DNA of 64,000 bases from Octopus sinensis. Taxonomy: Eukaryota. Positions 55,246 to 64,000 of the stretch are shown here, piece by piece. A program made the position numbers and the translations under genes. The notes beneath the pieces were generated by a model. That model was not told the DNA's origin. It did no database searches and saw only the letters and a list, made by a program, of their open reading frames with translations. Position 1 is the stretch's first letter. The number at the start of each line of letters is the position of its first letter. Location: positions 132,804,001-132,868,000 of the forward strand of contig NC_043001.1 of the NCBI RefSeq assembly GCF_006345805.1, read 5' to 3'.

Positions 55246-56026
55246 TTACATCAAACTACGCTAAACTTCATACAAAAGTTTAAAAAAGAAACAAAATATT
55301 TTGTGTATTTTTGTTGGAGTTTTATTTTTATTTTTCGCATTGAGATGAATGAATGAAAAAGAATGCTTTCTTTGACTTTCACTCAGCAAGCACATCAAAT
55401 ACATTTATAGATTTACATGATGACTAAACAACAGAGCATAGGAACATTTAAAACATCTGAATATAAATGGTTAATTGAGATAAATATATCACATGTGGGA
55501 TCGCACATTTTACACTGGAAAATTTTTCAAAATTAAAAGTGAAGTTACAATTTGAGCCATCAAATCATCCAATTACAATTTAATTTTGAAATGTGTCTCA
55601 ATAAAGTGAAAGAAAGCTAAATTGATCATTATCAAGAGAAAAATGGAGCTTGATCAATGTACAATTATCAATAGCAGTGAAATTATAATCTTTATGCTAC
55701 TTCTTACATCAATTGATATTTTCGATTTGTCCGTTGTGCAGGAAAATCCAGTTGATCTATATTCTTGATTCACAACTACTGATATCATAAGAGTAATTAA
55801 ATCAAATGAAATACAATATACTTACTTCTGGATGGCATTTTGAAGTCTTTTATTGCCTGTCAGGAATGATAACATTAAGAAACAAAGTGGAACAAATGCT
55901 TATATTATACAATTATACTTTTGTCTTTGAAGAATAAAAAGAATTATGAAGAGGGCAAAATACTTGGGCATGCAATAATAAAGTAAAATCAGCTATTAGC
56001 AAAAAACAAAATATTATATAAAATTG

Positions 56027-56545
56027 GGTGCAAGCGTAGCTAATTTGGCATACATGACTGTATGGTTGAAAAGTTTGCTTCCTAAACATAGGACTTTAGG
56101 TTCAATCCCACTGCATGTCACCTTGAGAAAGTGTCTTCTATAGCCCCAGGCCAACCAAGCTTTGTAAGTGGATTTGGTGAATGGAAACTAAAAGCGACCC
56201 ATCATATAAATATATGCATGTATGTGTGTGCGTGTGCATGTGTATGAACGTGTATGTGTGCAAATGTGTGTGTGTATGCATATGTGTTTGTGAGCATGAA
56301 TATGTTATCATTGCCTTGACATGACATCACATGGGAGTTGTAAATGAGTGTCACTGTCATACAAGCAGTGTCACTCATTTCCGATATTCTGAGAAAATGT
56401 GTCTGGCTTTGGGGAAATATTACCTTTGGAAACAAGTAAGGATTGACAACAGAAGGGCATCTGACTGTAGAAAATCTGCTTCAGTAAACTCCCTCTGATG
56501 CATGCAAGCATGAAAACATGAACATTAAAACAACGATGATGATGA
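56027..56545 (+). mobile_element. Family C-type head with GAAGGGCATC/(GAT)n tail
   Basis: Same layout at ~44575-44925; head-only copies at ~20243, 59877 and 61945. Confidence 0.75.
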
Positions 56546-56625
56546 CTATATATAAATAATAGCATTAGTGCCAAACAGTGATGAAGAATAAATGAATTTT
56601 AGCTTAGTTAATGTTTGTAACATTT

Positions 56626-57523
56626 GGTAGCAAAATGTTCCCAGACTAGTTCTGTAGCATGTCAACAGAGGGCAGCACATAATTGCTTGTTCAATGAGAA
56701 CTTGCAGTGACCTTCATGAGGCAGTGTGCTGAGTGACATCATTGTGTTTACTTCACAAGTTGTCAAATTTGTGTTGTGATCATGTGTATGCAGTAGTCTG
56801 CAATTTTGTCAGGGACAGGAACAAAAAGCCAACATGAAATTTTGCGTTAAACTTGGGAAATCTACTATGGAGACATTGAGCATGCTTCAGCAAGCTTACG
56901 ACAATGGAGCAATGGGCCGTGTGCAATATTTCAAGTGGCATAGACACTTCAAAAATGAAAGAACATCCTTGGAAGATTATGAGCGATCTGGAAGACTTGT
57001 CACAAGAATCACCCCCAGAAATGTGGTATTGTGCATTGAGAATTCATCTCCCAGGATCAGACCATTGGTCGTGAGTTCTACTGCGACATTTTGAAGTGTT
57101 TGAAGGAGGACATTTGGCAAAAGCAGCTGGATCTGTGGAGCGCAAAGAATTGGATTCTTCACAACAAAAATGCACCCTGTCACTGAGCTCTCCTCATTTG
57201 TTAGTTTCTTGCCAAAAACAACATGGTACCACTTCCACACCCACCCGATTCCCCAGATTTAGCACCTGCAGACTTCCATCCCTTCTTCAGGATGAAAATG
57301 CAGCTCAAAGATCTCTGTTTTAACACTGTTGTTGAGATCCAGAGTGAATCGCAGAAGGTCCTCAACTCCCTTACATAAAAATACTTCCAGGCTGGATTCC
57401 AAAAGTGGCAGGAATGCAGGGACCAGTGCATTGCTGTGCAAGGTGACTATTTCGAAGTTTGGGTAAATAAGTTTTTTTTTTATTAAATATAATTAGTCCA
57501 GGAACCTTTTGATACTACCTCAT
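56626..57523 (+). mobile_element. Internally deleted, decayed mariner transposon
   Basis: MKFCVKLGKS..ETLSML..AY...FKW..FK.....ED.ERSGR, then WILH.NAPCH...PHPPDSPDLAPADF...GDYFE; imperfect TIRs ggtagcaaaatgttcccagacta / tagtccaggaaccttttgatactacc. Confidence 0.9.
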
Positions 57524-58319
57524 ATTTTAACTTCTAAAGGCAAATTCACTACAGTTACCATGGAGAAAAATATTCTCTTTTGGTACTAGGTGTAAAAGCA
57601 CCATATATGCCTAGTGCTTCCCCTTAGCAGATTCCCAGATGCATTTCTGGATCTTTAGCCTCCCACAATGGGAAATACCAAAGAGAGAAAACAGCTTTAT
57701 CCGAAAACTTTATTCCTCATATAGCACTGATGCTATTTTTATTTGAATGAACACAACTCAGTCACTGATGTTGACTGTTTTTAGAAAAAGCTACAGTTTT
57801 AAATCTGCCCAGAGTTATCTCTTTTCAATAAAATTCTTCTGAAGCAGCTGTCATAAATTTCAAATGCCATTTATCTTCTCTTTTTATACCTGTTCCACAC
57901 CTGAAACCAACCCGAGACTTGGATCTACAGTCTTAATTGGATTTATCACTTACATATCTACAGTACCCTGCCAACACTTGATACCTTAGATATCATTTAC
58001 CATATCCTACGTGTTGATATGGCTAGAGTCTATTAAATCCTTATAACTAATATATATCATCATCATTTAACGTCCATTTTCCATGCCGGCATGGTTTGGA
58101 CAGTAAGACCAGTGCTAGGTGCTTTTATGTGGCACCATATGAGTACTCTCATGTGGCATCAGACAAATGCTTTTTATGTGGCACCAGCACAGGATTCTTG
58201 CAGGCCAATCCTCTTCCCCAGGGAAAGCAGTCTTAACAATTCTGTTGTGGAGTATGAGTCTTCTTGCATACAGCAAGGCACCAGGTATCTCAGCCCTTTG
58301 TCATCTCATCTGAACAGTT

Positions 58320-58493
58320 CAGCATATAGTAGTTCTCAGGGTTTGCTAGTCTTGAATTCCTCTATTATGGCTTGGAGGACAATGATGAAAAGGAAGAGAC
58401 TGAGGACTAAGCCTTGATGAATGCTTACCTGTACACCAAATTCTTCGATGTACTCATTAGCTCTTACCTTACTGACTGCATATCTGTACACAG

Positions 58494-58532
<39 letters not shown>

Positions 58533-59480
58533 TAATCCAAACATGAAAGCACAAAAAAAACACAACAACGCGAGGACATGGAACAAATATAGTATTATTG
58601 GACGCTCAGGAAAGAAGGAAAGAAGGAGGGTTTAACGTCTCAACCGGAGCTCTTCGTCAGAAACATAGGAGAAGGAAAGATCCAGAGAAGGGAAGACAGA
58701 GGAAAAAATGTCCCTGCTCAATCTGTAGAAAAGGTATAGGTAGAAACTTTGTAAGATGTACTGGGAGTAAGCTATGGCTACATAAGAGGTGCAGCAATAT
58801 CAAAGGAAGGTTAACTGGGAATATAGTTTTTGTATGTGGCAGATGCACAGGGGCAATAAACACCAAAGATGTACAGAAAACAGATTCCATCACATGCCAG
58901 GGGGAAAAACTAGAAGTAGTTGATAGTTTCCATTACCTAAGTAACCAAGTCAGTAGCACAGATGGATGCTCTGAGAGCATAACTGCTAGAATAAGAACAG
59001 ACTGGGCAAGTTCAGAGACCACCTGCCTCTGTGATTAACAAAGGGCCTGTTGCTCAAAGTGAAAGGTATGCTGAGGACATGTGTAGGCTTGAAAGAAATG
59101 AAGCTAGTATGCTCAACTGGATGTGTAATGTCAGTGTGTATACACAACAAAGTAAGTGCCCTAAGAGAAAATGGCACTTTTTCACACAGCTCTCCTCATC
59201 CATACCAATGCAAATTTCTCTCTTGCACGCCACATCCGATGCTTCTTATATCCAACATTTCTCTGAGGGTGCTTACACTCTGTCATGTGTGCACACTGAC
59301 ATTACATATCCAGCTGATCATGCTAAATTCATTTCTTTGAAGTCTTCAACAGTCATGGCCCATGTTTCACTGCCGTGTAGCATGGAAGTTCACACACATG
59401 CATCATACAATCTACCTTTCACTCTGAGCGAAAGGCCCCTTGTCACCAGTAGGGGTAGAAGCATTCTGAACTTTGCCTCT
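58320..59480. mobile_element. Rearranged RTE LINE fragments in both orientations
   Basis: Minus VSIHQGLVLSLFLFIIVLQAI (58336-58495); plus CSICRKG..CTG..WLHKRC..VCGRC..VVDSFHYL (58710-59170); minus LSLRVKGRLYDACV..HGSETW (59175-59480). Confidence 0.85.
58630..58664 (-). ncRNA. Decayed minimal hammerhead-like motif
   Basis: gttt CTGACGA a gagc tcc ggtt GAGA CG TT aaac; the surrounding module resembles 49810-49990. Confidence 0.5.
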
Positions 59481-60038
59481 TAAAATATATAAGATAGAAC
59501 ACATTATATATTTTAATAATAACTGGTATTTTTATATATGTAAAGTATAATGTTATACATGTATGTATATTGTTATAATTGTTTTTTAAAAGAATAAATA
59601 AAGACATAATATAATGTCTAAAAGTTGATGAATACCACCTCTTGATCCCCTCCATTTTCTTATTGCTATGTATATTAAGGGTAAAACAACTTTTTACCAT
59701 CACCCATTTATTACATTCAGTAGTATAATTGCCATGCAATGAAAAAACACTTGTATATTAATAAGAAATTATGTAATTTCTTCATTATCTGTATTTTTTA
59801 TGTTCTATGAAAATATATTCGTGTGTGTGGGAGTGGTGTATACATGTGTTTATCTGTCTTAATACATGTAGATATAGGTGTGACTGTGTGGTAAGAAGTT
59901 TCCTCTTCACCAACATGAATCATGGTTCAATCCCACTGCATGACACCTTGAACAAGCATCTTCTACTATAGCCACAGGCTTACCAAGGTCTTCTGAGTGT
60001 ATTTAGCAAATGGAAACTGAAAGACACCCATCGTATAT

Positions 60039-60122
<84 letters not shown>

Positions 60123-60809
60123 GTGTGCGTGTATTTATATGTGTGTGTTTGTGTGTGTGTGTATGTATGTACACTTACTCATATATGTCCCAAGATATTG
60201 ATATACATGTAGCTGCATTCAAATGTGTCTGCATAAATTTGGTCAAATATGTCAATATATATTTTGCATGTGTCTATATGTGTGTACTTTCATGTAAATA
60301 GTTATACACATATGTTATCTACATGTCTTTAGGCACACACACACACATATGCATTTATACAGATGTAAACAGAAACACACATATCCATATGTACATACAT
60401 ATAAACATGAATATACACATATGCATATACACACATATACATAAGCCTATGTAAAAGTAATGTAGTCATAGATCTATAAATATATATCAAGACATACAAC
60501 ACACATATGAACACGATTATATATTACACACCAACACATAATGGCACCAGTTATTGACTATTGTATTTTCCTATACATAACCCCTCCTGTTCTCTCTCTC
60601 TTTTCTCTCTCTCTCTCTCTTTCTTTCTTATCACACACACACATACACATTCACATATGCTCACAGTTACTTTCTCTCAGTCATCAAAGTTTGAGTCTTT
60701 ATTATTTATTGTAGATAGGTATTTCTGATAAGCTTGTTTCGATAAAACAAAATAATAAATGGTATTTTTCTACATCAACTTATTCACATTTGATGGTATG
60801 TACAGATAT

Positions 60810-60833
60810 ATTTACACACACACACACACACAT

Positions 60834-60868
<35 letters not shown>

Positions 60869-60952
60869 CACATACATACATATACATATATATGTATACA
60901 TATACATATATATATATACATATACATATATATATATATATATACATATACT

Positions 60953-60984
<32 letters not shown>

Positions 60985-60991
60985 CATACAC

Positions 60992-61024
<33 letters not shown>

Positions 61025-61535
61025 CATATATATATACATACATAATACATACATACATAAATACATATGCGTGCATGTATATATATATATATATGCATAT
61101 ATATACATATGCATATATATATATGCATATATATATACATATACATATATATATATATATATATACATATACTTATATATATATATATATATAATATATA
61201 TATATATACATATATATATACATATATATATATATATACATATATATATACATACATACATACATAATACATACATACATAAATACATATGCGTGCATGT
61301 ATATATATATATATATGCATATATATACATATGCATATATATATATGCATATATATATACATATACATATACACATCTATATGTATGTGTGCATGTGTGT
61401 GTGTGTAAGTATAGATACATACATACATACATACATACATGCAAACATGCATACATACATACATACATACATACATACAAGCACACGTATGTATGTATGT
61501 ATGTATGTATGTATGTATGTATGTATGTATGTATA
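60810..61535. repeat. Compound microsatellite with a ~222-bp higher-order repeat
   Basis: cataatacatacatacataaatacatatgcgtgcatg at 61041 and 61263. Confidence 0.85.
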
Positions 61536-62149
61536 CCTTGCCTTCTTCTCTTTCCATATATAGTCACTACATTCAAAGGTTAGCAACTTACATGAAACCA
61601 AAGTGTAAATTCATTAGCAATGATTATATCAAACCAATATATCTGATTATGACACATCATTAAATAATGTATACTTTGAAAAATAATGGTGGTTAAGCTC
61701 ATACAGTTTATGCAAGTGAAATATAATTTCCAAATCATAGAAGTCAGTTATTATTATATTGCAGAAATGATTTTTAGTTTTGAGAGTTTTTTGGGGGTCT
61801 TTTTTTTTATATATTTTATCAGTTAATTCTATATGGAAGCTTTGTTTTGGCATTTTTGTATTTGTTTGTTTTAGATTTAAAAGTCTGTAGTTTTCATTGA
61901 AAATGATATTCCTGCGATACTATTTTTCTGACTTTTGTACACAGCATGGCTGTGTGGTTAAGAAATTTTCTTCTCAACCACATGTTCTTGGGTTCAGTCC
62001 TACTGTGTGGCATGTTGGGAAAATGTCTCTTATTATAGCCCAAGACTGACAAAATAATTTGTAACCGTATTTGGTAAATGGAAACCAAAAGAAGCATATA
62101 TATGTATGTGTGTGTGTGAATGTGTATATATATAACCTGAGCAAAAATC

Positions 62150-62359
62150 ATTAAAAGTGCGAAAAAATGATGGTAAATTTTTTTTTAAATCGTAGACTCA
62201 TCGTAGACGCATGCTAATACCCAGAAGGGCTCGATATGAATGACAACTATAAGATACCCACTTTTGGTTAAACTGCACCGCAAAATGTGGGAGTAGTTAG
62301 GAATCTAAATCGGAGGAGACAGAGTCTCACACACACAAGTTCAATTTTATATATAAAGA
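62150..62359 (-). mobile_element. 5' half of the same non-autonomous Helitron family
   Basis: Reverse complement of 40773-40980, keeping the A|TC start. Confidence 0.85.
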
Positions 62360-62764
62360 TATCAGTTTGTTTTTTTTAGAAAAACATAAATCCAGAGAAG
62401 AAGCACACTCTAAGTAGTAGAGCAGTCTATAATTATTACTGGTGAAGGTCTGTTTATTGGGTTACTCTGGTGTTCTTGTCTTAAAGGGTACCTTTATGGT
62501 GTATCTTCAGACCCTATGACCTGTTGGCCTATGGTCTCTTTAAAATATGGAGGGCGAAATGATACAGATATAAACAATGGGGATTATCTCCTTTTGATGT
62601 TGGTCATCGGCTTCCAGTTGTGTCATCCTCCTTCAGCTATGCCCCCTGTCAGCCATGAGGGTAAATGATAGGAGGTTATCTCCCATTCCCATCAGCAATC
62701 AATTTCCAGCTGTGGTATAATTATCGCTAATACTGCTATTATCACTATTATGGCTATTATGCAG

Positions 62765-63375
62765 TTACCAAAACGCTAACAGGAAACTCCTGAAATGCAA
62801 GCATGGCCTGAAAATCTCCATTCTGGAGCTCAGTATGGTCCCTGGTATAAGCAAGTTTTTCAGAATTTCCATGTGTTCAGCTACGCATAGCTTGATGTGT
62901 TTTGTTCTATTAATGTATGGACCCAGACAGTGGAGAATTTCTATGATACTGAGTATGCAATTCCATCTTCCTTCAGTTTCCAGATATGGCTGACTAGTGA
63001 TGTTACATATCTCCTTTCTGGGACCCTGAAGGAGGATCTATGGTTGGAAAGGCATTTCTTAAAGGAAGTTCCCATGCATCCAATTTTTTTCCTTGATGTC
63101 GCGCCTACCATTGCTGTTGCTGTTGCTGTTACTACTGCTGTTGTTGGTGCTGTTGCGGTTGTAGTTGTTGATGTTGCTGCTTCTGTCAATGCTGCTGTTG
63201 TTGCTGCTGCTGCTGATGGTGTTGATTCTGGTGGTGCTGGAACTGGAGCTGTTGGTGGTGGTGGTGCCACTGAAGGTGGTGGTTGCATTGGTAGTGTTAC
63301 TGTCTCTGTGTGTATTGCCGGTGGTACATGTATTGGTGTTATTAAGCCTGCCGATGTTGATGTTGCTGCTGTTGT

Positions 63376-63407
<32 letters not shown>

Positions 63408-63840
63408 TTGATGATGTTGCTGTTGGTGCTGGTGCTGCTGTTGGCATGGGACCATTAGTATTGGAGTTGGTGAAGGTAGGAGTGATGGTGGCCTTGGTAA
63501 TGTTATAGCCAGATGTGAAGGGGGCGTTGTAGCCGAAGGTGTTACAATATTTGTTTTTATTGCTATTATTGCTATCTTCCTCAGTGAGAGGGGGTGCTGT
63601 TCTCATTGACAGGGCTACCATTATTCACATCTATGATAGTGCCTCTGCTAGGGGCGCTGCTGGTGGTGCTGTGGCCAGGTATAGTTTGGTCTGTTACTGC
63701 TGCTATGAGAGCTGCCAGAGGGTATGCTGTCCTGTCTGCTATCTGTAAGGCTGGTGTTTAATGTGACATTACTGTGGTCGATGTTAGTGATGGTGGAGGT
63801 GCCGTCTGGGATGTAGAACTTGGATAAGACTATTTGCAGT
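62765..63840 (-). mobile_element. Naiad-like PLE 3' region: low-complexity linker plus GIY-YIG C-terminal part
   Basis: KIGCMGTSFKKCLSNHRSSFR...TSLVSHIWKLKEDGIAYSVS*KIL...LCVAE...SRMEIFRPCLHFRSFLL. Confidence 0.8.
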
Positions 63841-63862
63841 AGTGGTGGTGGTGGTGGTTGTG

Positions 63863-64000
63863 AAGGCGGCGAGCTGGCAGAAATGTTAGCACATCGGGCG
63901 AAATGCTTAGCAGTATTTCGTCTGTCGCTATGTTCTGAGTTCAAATTCTGCTGAGGTCGACTTTGCCTTTCATCCATTCGGGGTCGATAAATAAAGTACC
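63863..64000 (+). mobile_element. Family A/B SINE cut by the window edge
   Basis: aaggcggcgagctggcagaa...gagttcaaattc...gggtcgataaataaagtacc. Confidence 0.9.

Noticed and set aside
2670-61663. Many YIYI/VCVC/HTHT ORFs in the ORF track
   Set aside because: They are translations of stop-free dinucleotide microsatellites.
62897-63508. Plus-strand 203-aa Ala/Val/Gly ORF
   Set aside because: Antisense shadow of the PLE linker.

Overview
AT-rich, microsatellite-dense animal DNA. The repeat content points to a coleoid cephalopod, probably Octopus (inference). The only host coding sequence I can support is one 170-nt minus-strand exon (18380-18549) of a KIF17/OSM-3-type kinesin-2 motor domain, so most of the window is probably giant intron. 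The rest is nested, mostly decayed mobile DNA: Penelope-like elements (PLEs; Neptune-like and Naiad-like), CR1/L2, RTE and R4/Dong LINE fragments, several SINE families, mariner and piggyBac-type MITEs, and Helitrons. Three signals stand out. (1) At least six short modules carry minimal type-I hammerhead-ribozyme-like folds with palindromic helix III, several with a UUGAAAA (U3-A8) core. (2) One SINE family's 3' end repeatedly lands on GGT, including its own internal GGT, and forms head-to-tail 184-bp multimers. (3) Three long foldback hairpins lie in the presumed kinesin intron. Everything was read by eye; boundaries of decayed repeats are approximate.
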